Shown here in pieces: positions 28,186-36,986 of a DNA stretch of 64,000 nucleotides. Both the position numbers and the translations under genes were made by a program. Source of the stretch: a virus. The notes below the pieces were generated by a model. That model ran no database searches. It was not told the DNA's origin and saw nothing but the letters and a program-made list of their open reading frames with translations. The stretch lies in UHGV virus genome UHGV-1558314, one strand, 5' to 3'. Positions within the stretch are counted from its first letter, which is position 1. Each line of letters begins with the position of its first letter.

Positions 28186-28769
28186 CTTGCTATTTGCACT
28201 GTATTGAAACAGGTCGAACACTTCAAAGAGACTTGCACACAAGCAATAATGGTGATGGCGTCACATTTTACATAACTGGTGATGACTATAAGCAATTAGT
28301 CGGCTCAACAAAAGACGCACAATTTTATCTTATTGACACGCCTGATGCTGCAGATATGTCTTGGTCATCTGCAGCATTTACACTTAGATATGGCGCAGAT
28401 ATAGTTAACAACACACTAAATGTCAATATTGAAGCGTTCAAATCATGCGAAGTAACAATAACTAACAGTGGCAATACATGCAGTTGCACCGCAATGCTTG
28501 AATCTGCATTGCCAGTGGCAATTAAACTGTCAACAATTTGCAATACATCAGTAGCATCTAATGTCGATGTGTCAGTTAACATAGCTGCAAATAGCTTGAC
28601 TGCTAATTTTAGAGTTGGCAATAGCTTATCTGCAAAATTGACGCATGTCGGCATATGGTCTATTGCTAATGCTTCTTATGTTTCACCAATATATGAGGGT
28701 GCTATAATTGTGAAAACACTGAACGACATATTTCACGTGTTCATAACAGATAAGACAACACTTGGCTAA
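28137..28769 (+). CDS. cassette protein 1 (210 aa), Ser/Thr/Asn/Val-rich; function unknown
   Basis: ORF on the rare plus strand, directly after conserved leader copy 1. Confidence 0.55.
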   Translation: MRIYVRDNADNIVNGLTCYLHCIETGRTLQRDLHTSNNGDGVTFYITGDDYKQLVGSTKDAQFYLIDTPDAADMSWSSAAFTLRYGADIVNNTLNVNIEAFKSCEVTITNSGNTCSCTAMLESALPVAIKLSTICNTSVASNVDVSVNIAANSLTANFRVGNSLSAKLTHVGIWSIANASYVSPIYEGAIIVKTLNDIFHVFITDKTTLG

Positions 28770-28804
28770 GTGTACATATCTTACAACATTCAAACATATA
28801 GCAT

Positions 28805-28858
28805 ATGAAAACTCCACAATTTTGGTTTGAGCGTCAACAAGGGCTAGCGGGGGGGCTC
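28805..28858 (+). repeat. diverged third copy of the leader module
   Basis: atgaaaactccacaattttggtttgagcgtcaacaagggctagcgggggggctc versus copy A; upstream part not conserved. Confidence 0.6.
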
Positions 28859-28861
28859 TAA
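28805..28861 (+). CDS. leader ORF copy 2 (MKTPQFWFERQQGLAGGL*) with G7 tract
   Basis: ATG 28805; G7 at 28849-28855; stop TAA at 28859-28861; about 75 percent nt identity to leader copy 1. Confidence 0.3.
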   Translation: MKTPQFWFERQQGLAGGL

Positions 28862-28898
28862 ATTAGTCTACCTGCAACTTGTTATTGGCGACGCTTCG

Positions 28899-29327
28899 TT
28901 GTACAACTTTGGCACTACTGAAACAATGGCGATACAAGGTACAATATCGCTTGACAATGTCACAGTTAACATACCAACGTCAGGCTTTCCTATCAAAATG
29001 ATGGAATGCCGCGGTGGTGAAACTCATGCAATTGGTGCGTTAATGATGCCAAAAGCTTATGACTACTCAAACTTTGCTGCAAAAATTGGTTTTGGCTGCT
29101 ATGCAGCAGATGGTCGTGGCACTGGCAACGTTTACAACATCAATGTGTATGCCAACATTAACAACACAAGCCCTGGTGGTAATCCCATACTGTTAACTTC
29201 TATGGCATGGCAATATCCATTAGGCGTTGGTGATAAGCTTACATTGCCAATGTCAAATCCATCTGTCAAAGTTAACAATGGAGATATCGTGTCAATCATA
29301 CTTAAGAATGCAAGGAAAGTCAGCTAA
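28899..29327 (+). CDS. cassette protein 2 (142 aa; ATG start probably at 28926)
   Basis: ORF-track start is TTG at 28899; in-frame ATG at 28926 (MAIQGTISLD...). Frame is +1 relative to leader copy 2. Confidence 0.5.
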   Translation: MYNFGTTETMAIQGTISLDNVTVNIPTSGFPIKMMECRGGETHAIGALMMPKAYDYSNFAAKIGFGCYAADGRGTGNVYNINVYANINNTSPGGNPILLTSMAWQYPLGVGDKLTLPMSNPSVKVNNGDIVSIILKNARKVS

Positions 29328-29351
29328 CTGACAGATGCATCACATATAAGC

Positions 29352-29390
29352 AATGCTCCACTGAGAAATCTCAGTGGAGCATTTTTTGTG
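29352..29390 (+). terminator. rho-independent terminator between convergent genes 28899..29327 (+) and 29412..29822 (-)
   Basis: 14-bp stem aatgctccactgag / ctcagtggagcatt, loop aaat, then TTTTGTG on the plus strand. Confidence 0.65.
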
Positions 29391-29411
29391 CTGTTTGGCA
29401 ATTTTAGACAT

Positions 29412-29822
29412 CTATATGCTATAGTATGCCCTATTGACAAGCAACACATAGTCACCACACAGTAATGCAGCGTACGACATCATGCAATCATCTTGCGGCG
29501 CACTGACATCTGCATATCCTTTTGCGTACATAACCATGTTGTTGTGCACAAAGTCAACTTTAGCATTTGCATAAATTGCATCAGTGCCACGGTCAACTAT
29601 AAATGATTCACCGCGTTCAAGCGCATTTGCATTAATTGTCACGGTAGATGTACCAGCATTAATGCTGTACAATGTATTTGGCACAGCATTAATGCTGGTA
29701 CTTGATACCGTCATAAACTTAGCAGCAAATATGCTATCAACCAAATCACCAAATTGTGCTGAGGTGGGTTTATCTCCGGTTTCAAAATACGTTTTGAGTA
29801 CCGAACGTGTTTGAACTGCCAT
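29412..29822 (-). CDS. cassette protein 3 (136 aa)
   Basis: Convergent with the plus-strand genes; upstream short ORF (29957 down to 29841) carries another G7 tract. Confidence 0.5.
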   Translation of the reverse strand: MAVQTRSVLKTYFETGDKPTSAQFGDLVDSIFAAKFMTVSSTSINAVPNTLYSINAGTSTVTINANALERGESFIVDRGTDAIYANAKVDFVHNNMVMYAKGYADVSAPQDDCMMSYAALLCGDYVLLVNRAYYSI

Positions 29823-30017
29823 ATGTTTCGATGTTTTAAGTTATGCAATGTGACATGAAAGCAACACTGCAAACTTTTCATCGAATGCAATGTCACCTAC
29901 GTTATAACAAGAGATTGAGCCAGATATGTGACCCCCCCAATTCAATTTGAATGTCATAAAGCTTATGAGTTTGTAAATGTTTGTTTTGTTTATATATTTT
30001 GACTGCCCATATGTACA

Positions 30018-30094
30018 TATCAAAACAACATCTTAGTTGTTTTGCATCTTGCATCAAAACAACATCTTAGTTGTTTTGCATCTTGCATCAAAAC
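30018..30094. repeat. tandem direct repeat, 34-bp unit x2.3, each unit with a 9-bp-stem hairpin
   Basis: tatcaaaacaacatcttagttgttttgcatcttg / catcaaaacaacatcttagttgttttgcatcttg / catcaaaac; internal inverted repeat caaaacaac-atctta-gttgttttg. Confidence 0.8.
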
Positions 30095-30269
30095 TCATAG
30101 GCATTGCATTCAAAGATGAAGATTTTACAGCAGACATTGCACTTGATAACGCGTCATTTTATGATGGCCAAACTGCATGGCTAACTGGAAAGCTTCTGGC
30201 AGCATTGTGTTAAGTATAAAACAGTTACATTGAAAGCTAACACAACAGTAAACATCGCCATTTAATGCA

Positions 30270-30315
30270 CATCAAAAACTCCACTGAACAATTAAGTTCA
30301 GTGGAGTTTTTGATG
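30270..30315. terminator. bidirectional hairpin terminator downstream of gene 30332..30985
   Basis: catcaaaaactccactgaac-aattaa-gttcagtggagtttttgatg; stem flanked by A5/T5 so either strand reads hairpin plus U-tract. Shares core CTCCACTGA with the 29352 hairpin. Confidence 0.6.
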
Positions 30316-30331
30316 TGTAGTGTGCAAAATA

Positions 30332-30985
30332 CTACAACATATTCCAGTTTGTTATGTCATACATGTTGAAGCTGAACGCTGATGTGATGTATCCAAGAGT
30401 AGTCAAGATGTCCACACCAACTACAGGGTCATTTGCAATAAGCAAAATACAGTTAGTGACAGACGTATCGACCATATTGTCTGCTTGAAAATCATTGTGC
30501 ATCAACCAGTCAGCAAAGCAGATGTCATAGTACACAGGATTGCCTGCAAATACTTTATCATTTCCAAATGCTTCTGATGGGTGCGACAATGTAGATGCAA
30601 GCAGTTGAATGTCTTCATCTGTGCAAGACGATTTAATGTCATCAAGCACAATTGCTACACGCTGCTCATTTGTCTCTGAATCACCTCTATGAATTTCATG
30701 AATCCAAGGCAAGCATGCAAGTGCATCACCACATGTCAAATTGACATTATCAAGTGTCTCGCCTTGACCTGCGTAGCAATATAAAGTGGAGCCAGTGCCA
30801 TAACGTAGACAGTCATTTATGCTGACATTATCAAGATACACTGAACAAATTGACAATGCACCTGCACCAAGCCTGTTTGCAGGAATTGTCAACTTATATG
30901 TTGGCACGCCATTTGACTGCACTGTAATAGGCGAGCCCGCTAATAATTCACCAGTGTCAGCATCATAGCATTCGACTTCTTGCAT
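30332..30985 (-). CDS. cassette protein 4 (217 aa)
   Basis: Preceded by leader copy 3 (ATG 31110, G7 at 31066-31060 on minus); gene frame is -1 relative to leader and open through the tract (TPAVNRGGALRDTIISGT...). Confidence 0.55.
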   Translation of the reverse strand: MQEVECYDADTGELLAGSPITVQSNGVPTYKLTIPANRLGAGALSICSVYLDNVSINDCLRYGTGSTLYCYAGQGETLDNVNLTCGDALACLPWIHEIHRGDSETNEQRVAIVLDDIKSSCTDEDIQLLASTLSHPSEAFGNDKVFAGNPVYYDICFADWLMHNDFQADNMVDTSVTNCILLIANDPVVGVDILTTLGYITSAFSFNMYDITNWNML

Positions 30986-31047
30986 AGTCGCATATGCAGC
31001 TTCAAGTAGTGAACCATCTGCTTTGTTGATAGTGCCGCTGATAATAG

Positions 31048-31160
31048 TGTCACGAAGAGCCCCCCCGCGATTGACTGCTGGCGTTCAAACCAGAGTTGAG
31101 TAGTTTTCATAAGCGAAAAGACTTTTTGTATGTGAAATTTATTGACATATTATATATCAG
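31048..31160 (-). repeat. promoter/leader module, copy B (inverted partner of 28016..28133)
   Basis: Reverse complement reads ctgatatataatatgtcaataaatttcacatacaaaaagtcttttcgcttATGaaaactactcaactctggtttgaacgccagcagtcaatcgcgggggggctcttcgtgaca. Confidence 0.8.
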
Positions 31161-31171
31161 GCAGCAATATG

Positions 31172-31210
31172 CACAAAAAAGAAGAGCATCGGTTAAAAAC
31201 CGATGCTCTT
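31172..31210 (-). terminator. rho-independent terminator after BACON-like gene 31259..31873
   Basis: Stem aagagcatcgg / ccgatgctctt, loop ttaaaaa; minus strand continues CTTTTTTGTG. Confidence 0.55.
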
Positions 31211-31258
31211 TCAAGTTCTGCTGTGAACTGTTCAATAGTGTAATCTTGTTGTACTCGA

Positions 31259-31873
31259 TTACGATACAGTCCACGGGCAGTTTGCGGTAACCGTAACCGT
31301 AACGGCAGGAGTACCGGCCTGAGGAATCGTGATTTCCTGCTTGTCGAGTACCAGCGTCGGGTCACCAGCAGCCTGAACGATTGCAATCTGAGCAGTCTGG
31401 GCACCGTTGGCAGTTACCAAAATCGATGTCGTGCGCTCGTTAATCGTCAAGTTGGCAGGAATGTCAAGCTCAATGCTGAAAGCAAACTCGGCGTTGGCAC
31501 CAGGGTCACCAGTGATTGCTACGCCATTGTTGGTTTCTACACCAGCAACTGCGTACTTTTTAGGCAGTTCGATAACAAACTCGCCGCCCTCAACGATGCT
31601 GAACGTCAGCTTCGATGAGTTAGATACACCGGTTACGGTAAGAGTACCGCCAGCTTTAGGAGCTGACATCTCTGAGCCGTTGTCAAATGACACGAACTCA
31701 GCCTTTGCAGTCTGCTGTACATTGTACGTTGAAGGCGCTGCAATACCAGCACCCTGAACGGTTACAACACCAGTACGTGCAATACGACCAGTGTGGGCGT
31801 CAGCAGAGTTGGAAATTGAACCATTACCCGAACCAGATGTCGGGCTAAGTTTCAACCATGCGGGTTTAGCCAT
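31259..31873 (-). CDS. BACON-like domain protein
   Basis: N-terminus MAKPAWLKLSPTSGSGNGSISNSADAHTGRIARTGVVTVQ fits the BACON pattern (W..s..sGsG.g......R.a.itv) as recalled from memory; paralog of the two downstream genes. Confidence 0.5.
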   Translation of the reverse strand: MAKPAWLKLSPTSGSGNGSISNSADAHTGRIARTGVVTVQGAGIAAPSTYNVQQTAKAEFVSFDNGSEMSAPKAGGTLTVTGVSNSSKLTFSIVEGGEFVIELPKKYAVAGVETNNGVAITGDPGANAEFAFSIELDIPANLTINERTTSILVTANGAQTAQIAIVQAAGDPTLVLDKQEITIPQAGTPAVTVTVTANCPWTVS

Positions 31874-31931
31874 TGTTCAAAATTGTTATTAAGTGAGTGT
31901 ATATGTTTAACACAAATTCGATGATTGCTCA

Positions 31932-32531
31932 TCAAAGAATTTTCCAAGAAGCGTTTGATGTCAAATTCATTGTGATTGTCGTGCCATCATCATCAACTGT
32001 CACAGATTCTGTACTCAGCACAAGAGTTGCTGCAGCAGCTGCTTGAGTAATGCTAACATTCAATGATTTGCCACCAGGAGTTGTCACTGTCAATACAAAT
32101 GATTTCTGTTCAATTGTCAAATTTTGCGGTATTGTAGCTTCAATTGACCATGCAAACTTTGCAATATATCCAGGGTCATTTGCAATTGCTGTGTCATTTG
32201 TTGCAGCGACGCCATTTGCTGTGTACGCAGTCGGAATGCTAAGATTCGGATTTGTAGTTGCAAACTTAAGTTTTGCTGCGTTAGACTCACCAGAAACAAC
32301 AATTTTTGTGGTTGCCGCAGAAACATTGTATGATGTTGTGCCAGATACAAATTCTGCAAGAGCAGCTTGGTTGATTGTTGCTTGCTTTGTAACTGTTGGT
32401 GTGGTCTTCGTTTGCACAGTCGCAATTGTGCTACGAATGCCTCTGCCGGTATGAGCTCCTGCAGTAAATGCCAGGATATCATTACCCTCACCAGACATTG
32501 GTGAACACTGTGCCCATATAGCTTTTGCCAT
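31932..32531 (-). CDS. BACON-like domain protein
   Basis: MAKAIWAQCSPMSGEGNDILAFTAGAHTGRGIRSTIATVQ; ends with ...NVSITQAAA. Confidence 0.5.
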   Translation of the reverse strand: MAKAIWAQCSPMSGEGNDILAFTAGAHTGRGIRSTIATVQTKTTPTVTKQATINQAALAEFVSGTTSYNVSAATTKIVVSGESNAAKLKFATTNPNLSIPTAYTANGVAATNDTAIANDPGYIAKFAWSIEATIPQNLTIEQKSFVLTVTTPGGKSLNVSITQAAAAATLVLSTESVTVDDDGTTITMNLTSNASWKIL

Positions 32532-32602
32532 TGTTACTGTGCAATTTTTAATTGTTTGACATGATATTTATATGCATTGCTTAAGCAATGTTGAATTGAC
32601 AT

Positions 32603-35600
32603 TTATCGAACAAGGAATGATGTACCAACAACCATATTCGGGATTGCCAAGCCATTGCCAGACTGGCTTACTGCAACTGTGCCACTTGTGTAGCCTGACA
32701 ATGCAGCAGTAATTGTTGCCGACCTGCTGTTATCTGAACCCCAGTTGTTTGCAGCTGACAATGTCGAACCGCTGATTGTGAATGCACCATTGTTCGATGA
32801 GTACGTTGGAGTAACCGCAGCATCTGATGTTGTAGACTGACCTGTCGTGTACTTTGTGACAGTTCGACCTGTCGTAGACAATGTTGCAGTGCCACCAGCA
32901 GCCCCAAAGCTTGTAACAGTTGAGCTGACAATCAGAGTCTTCGTAGTCGAAGTCACACTGTTGGCTTCCTGTGTAGCAGTGATTGCTTTTGAGCCAGTTT
33001 GACCATTCAACGCAACCGTCATATTGACTGTAGCGGTTCTTGCAGAACCAGCAGTTGTGCCACGATTTGCAGCAGTCAATGAACCGGTTGTACTACTGTT
33101 AAGCGTAAAGCCAGTAGTTGTAGCCATACTGTATGAAATTGTACCGCCAGATGTAATAGTAGTTTTTGAACCACTTGTGTACGTTGCTGTCTGCGAGTAT
33201 GCTGGCGTGCCTGTTGGAGTCTTTGTTGCACCTGCTGCAGCAAATGTTGCATATGATGTTGCTGTAGTAACTGTGACTGCGCTGTATGATACACTGTTAG
33301 CTGCTTGATAAACATCAAGAGCTTTTGTAGCAGTCTTAGACCCTTCACCAGTAGCAGTTGCAGTCAAAGTGCCAATCTTTGTACGAGCTTTGACTGTAGT
33401 GCCAAGCGATGATGCGCTGACTTTTGTGCTATACGCAATGCTAACTGAACCTGGCCTTGTGCTGCCAGACGTATATGTAATTGTCTGTGATGCACTGATG
33501 CCAGACATTGATGCAACTTCACCGCCACCAGCAGGAATATCTGACACAGTTCCACCAGAAATTGTAACCGCGCCATATGTCGTAATTGCATTTGCAGCTT
33601 GGTACACATCGACTGCTTTTGTTCCAGATTTGCCATTGACTGTTACTGTAACAGTAGATGTTGTAATCTTTGTGCGGGCTTTAGCAGTAGTGCCAAGTGA
33701 ACTACCAGACACTGCGCCAGTAGACGTTGTTACACCAGTGCCAGACCATGATTTGCTGCCACCAGACGTAACTGTCTGTGTTGAGCCACTTGACCACATA
33801 ACTGATTGACTGAATGACACTGAAGGCGTAACTGAGCCACCCTTTGCAGGAACATCGCTATAAGTCATCGAAACTGTGGGCGTACCATATGTAGCAGCAT
33901 TAGCATTTTGAGATGCAGTAGCAGTCTTTGTTCCACTGATGGCTTTTGTGCCTGCAGCATTGTATGACGCAGTAGGCGTCCATGTAGCTGTTACAGTCTT
34001 TGTGACTGTCAGCGATGTAGTTGCGCCACTTGCAGTAGTGCCTTTTGATGATGCGGTTATAGCACCAGTAGATGTATTGAGTGCAGTGAACAATCCTGAT
34101 GCGCCTGGCCAACTATATGATGTTGTAGTTGACAATGAACCATACGTAGATGCTGGCGCAGTAGTTGAAGTACTGCCACTACTAAAATGGTATGTTACTG
34201 TGTTTGCACCATTTGACGGTGTAGATGTTCCGCCACCTGCAGCAATTGCAGGATATGACATCGAACCAACTGCAATATTGAGTGCAGTCACATAGTTGCC
34301 TGCCTGATAAATCGTGGCAGACTTGCTGGCAGATTTGCCATTCATTGTGACTTTAACAGTCAGTGTGCCTGCAGTAGTCTGGTTAGATATTGCGGTGTCT
34401 TTTGATTGCGCAGTGACTGTTGACGTATACTCAATTGTTCCGCCGCTTGTCAGTGTTTCTGTCGTCTTTTCACCAGTAGCATATGTCGTAGTTTTGACCT
34501 GCGAGTAAGTTACTGTGCCAGATTTTACAGAACCTCCGCTTGCTGCAATGATAGTTGCAGACGGCGTCAAGTTAACTGTGATATCGCTATATGTAACTGT
34601 GCCAGCAGATTGAGCTGCTTGATAAACATCTGCAGCTTTTGATGCAGACTTGCCATTGAGTGCTACTGTGACAGTCAATGTGCCAATCTTTGTTCGTGGC
34701 TTAACTGTTGTGCCAAGTGATGATGCAGTGATACCTGCTGCTGGACTGTATGAAATTGTTGCACCAGTAGTGATGTTCTGTGTTGAAGTTGATGTGTATG
34801 TTGCAGTCTGCGAATATGACACATTGCCGCTCTTAATTGTACCACCAGTTACAGGAATATCTGCTACAGTGAAGCTTGAAATTGTAACTGCGCCATATGA
34901 CACAGTGTTTGCAACTTGCTTGACTGTGCAAGAACCAGTTTTTGTAACACCGCCCTCAGTATATGAGCCAGAAATTGTAATGCTGCGTTCTGCGCCTACG
35001 ACTGTTGTGCGATTTGCTGCAGTTACTGTAGCAGTCGACAATGTAAAGCCAGTTGCTGAACCGCTAAGTGTTGCAGATACTGCAGCAGATGACGTTGAGC
35101 CTGATGCATATGTGTATGACGCTGTTGAAGTGATTGTAGTTGAACCGCCACCAGCTGCCAATGTTGCAGCGCCAGGTGTCAATGTCAAGCCATTCAGCGT
35201 CTTTGAGTTTGCAGTTTGTGTTGCAGTAGCAGTTTTTGTAGCAGACTTGCCATTGATTGCTACCGTAACTGTGACAGCATTTGAAGCATCAGTAGAGCCT
35301 ACATATGATGTGCCCATTGACGTTACAGTCAATGCGCCACTTGTCGTATTCAATGTCCAGCGTGACTTAGCAGTCATTGCATAAGACAATGTAGCGCCAC
35401 TTGTCAATGTGCCACCTGAGCCAGCTACGCCATTCCAAGTCCAAACTTGTGAATATGAAACAGTTGGGTTTGATGTACCACCAGCAGGAGCAATGTTAGC
35501 ATATGAGAATGTTCCAATGACAGGCGTTGCATAGACTTTAGCACCTGCAGCTTGGTTGAACGTAATATCTTTTGATGCAGACTTACCATTTGCAGTGACT

Positions 35601-36931
35601 GTCAAGGTGACAACAAACCCATTACGTGCAACAGTAGAATTGTTGTTTGTCACTGTGACATTCAAGCCAGACAAGCTGTAGCCTGTTGCAGCAGTTTTGA
35701 CGGCAGCAGTCCATATGCCGCCTGACGTGTTACTATCAGTTGAGCCGCTGCTGTATGTCATTGACTGCGTAAATGTTGCAGATGCATTAGCTGCAACAGT
35801 TTGACCTGCTACTGCAAGAGCAACTGGTGTTGTCTTTGTAATGACTGGTGTGCCGTATGTAATGCTGTTGGCTGCTTGTGTAATTGATACAGTAGCAGTT
35901 GCATTGCCATATGACGCTGTGCCGCTAAATGACCGAGCATCACCGACAGTCTTACCACGATTTGCAGATGTTACAGAATTTGCAGATATTGTAAAGCCTG
36001 TTGCAGTGCCTGTAATTGTTGGCTTGACATTTGTTTCAGTAGATGTAACAACACCGTTCCATGTCACAGTGTACGTACCAGTGATGGTTGATGTTCCACC
36101 TGCTGCAGTATGACTTGTTGAATATGTGTTCAAAGCAAGTTTGTACACAACTGAACCTGCAGCTTGTGAGCATTTAACGGTCTTCGATAATTCATGACCA
36201 CTTACAGTCAGTGTTGGTGTAACTGCTGCAGTTGACGTGTTGTTCGGTGTATTGACAGTGATTGTTGCAGGACCTGTGCCAGATGCTTTTGAGACTGACC
36301 AACCTGCAGGTACGCCCGAAATTGTCCATGCAAAGTCAGGATTACAAGAAATTGCGAATGTCTTCGATTCACCCTTTGCAACAAATGACAAAGTTTCTGG
36401 TGATACTGCCAATGTTGCACTTGCACCAGCTTGATTTACTGTAAATGTTGCAGACTTGCCACCAGGCGTTGACAATGTGAAAGTGAATGCCTTTGCAGCG
36501 ATTGCAGTATGTGCAGCAATCTGCACTCGTACAATGACTTCAAATTCTGCATTGACACCAGGGTCATTGTCAAAATTTGTATTAAGCGCATAATCTTTGC
36601 TTGCAACAGTTACGCCAAGCACTGTGCCACTTGCAGTACCGCCAGTACTGCCAAGCACAAGTTTTTGTGCATTTGTGACACATTTCAATGTTGCAATAGT
36701 GCCACCATTTGACGCAATGTTTGTAGATGCAACTGTAGCTCGTATAGTTTCACCAGGAGACTCTTGCAATACTGCACAGTTTTCAGTTACTACTGGTGAA
36801 CCTGTAGTTGTTTGCGCAGTAAAGCTGCCAGACCTGTTATTTCGACCAGTATGCACAGATGCTTTGACAGACAACTGTGAGTTGCCTGTGCCAACATCAG
36901 GTGTAACTGTCAACCAAGTAGGCTTTGCCAT
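32603..36931 (-). CDS. giant Thr/Ser-rich repeat protein with N-terminal BACON-like domain and many tandem Ig-like repeats (probable fibre/adhesin)
   Basis: N-terminus MAKPTWLTVTPDVGTGNSQLSVKASVHTGRNNRSGSF; repeated ~90-aa units ending NGKSASK....YQAAN. Confidence 0.6.
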   Translation of the reverse strand: MAKPTWLTVTPDVGTGNSQLSVKASVHTGRNNRSGSFTAQTTTGSPVVTENCAVLQESPGETIRATVASTNIASNGGTIATLKCVTNAQKLVLGSTGGTASGTVLGVTVASKDYALNTNFDNDPGVNAEFEVIVRVQIAAHTAIAAKAFTFTLSTPGGKSATFTVNQAGASATLAVSPETLSFVAKGESKTFAISCNPDFAWTISGVPAGWSVSKASGTGPATITVNTPNNTSTAAVTPTLTVSGHELSKTVKCSQAAGSVVYKLALNTYSTSHTAAGGTSTITGTYTVTWNGVVTSTETNVKPTITGTATGFTISANSVTSANRGKTVGDARSFSGTASYGNATATVSITQAANSITYGTPVITKTTPVALAVAGQTVAANASATFTQSMTYSSGSTDSNTSGGIWTAAVKTAATGYSLSGLNVTVTNNNSTVARNGFVVTLTVTANGKSASKDITFNQAAGAKVYATPVIGTFSYANIAPAGGTSNPTVSYSQVWTWNGVAGSGGTLTSGATLSYAMTAKSRWTLNTTSGALTVTSMGTSYVGSTDASNAVTVTVAINGKSATKTATATQTANSKTLNGLTLTPGAATLAAGGGSTTITSTASYTYASGSTSSAAVSATLSGSATGFTLSTATVTAANRTTVVGAERSITISGSYTEGGVTKTGSCTVKQVANTVSYGAVTISSFTVADIPVTGGTIKSGNVSYSQTATYTSTSTQNITTGATISYSPAAGITASSLGTTVKPRTKIGTLTVTVALNGKSASKAADVYQAAQSAGTVTYSDITVNLTPSATIIAASGGSVKSGTVTYSQVKTTTYATGEKTTETLTSGGTIEYTSTVTAQSKDTAISNQTTAGTLTVKVTMNGKSASKSATIYQAGNYVTALNIAVGSMSYPAIAAGGGTSTPSNGANTVTYHFSSGSTSTTAPASTYGSLSTTTSYSWPGASGLFTALNTSTGAITASSKGTTASGATTSLTVTKTVTATWTPTASYNAAGTKAISGTKTATASQNANAATYGTPTVSMTYSDVPAKGGSVTPSVSFSQSVMWSSGSTQTVTSGGSKSWSGTGVTTSTGAVSGSSLGTTAKARTKITTSTVTVTVNGKSGTKAVDVYQAANAITTYGAVTISGGTVSDIPAGGGEVASMSGISASQTITYTSGSTRPGSVSIAYSTKVSASSLGTTVKARTKIGTLTATATGEGSKTATKALDVYQAANSVSYSAVTVTTATSYATFAAAGATKTPTGTPAYSQTATYTSGSKTTITSGGTISYSMATTTGFTLNSSTTGSLTAANRGTTAGSARTATVNMTVALNGQTGSKAITATQEANSVTSTTKTLIVSSTVTSFGAAGGTATLSTTGRTVTKYTTGQSTTSDAAVTPTYSSNNGAFTISGSTLSAANNWGSDNSRSATITAALSGYTSGTVAVSQSGNGLAIPNMVVGTSFLVR

Positions 36932-36986
36932 TTTATGTCGTTTTGTTATTTTCTGTGATATTTACACACACAATGTAACTTGCATT

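Noticed and set aside
32050-36434. Plus-strand ORFs inside the BACON/Ig-repeat genes (e.g. 33939..34295, 34650..35384, 35841..36113)
   Set aside because: They are antisense to long, motif-supported minus-strand genes and their translations are Val/Ala/Pro-rich mirror images of the Thr/Ser-rich repeats; a compositional artefact.
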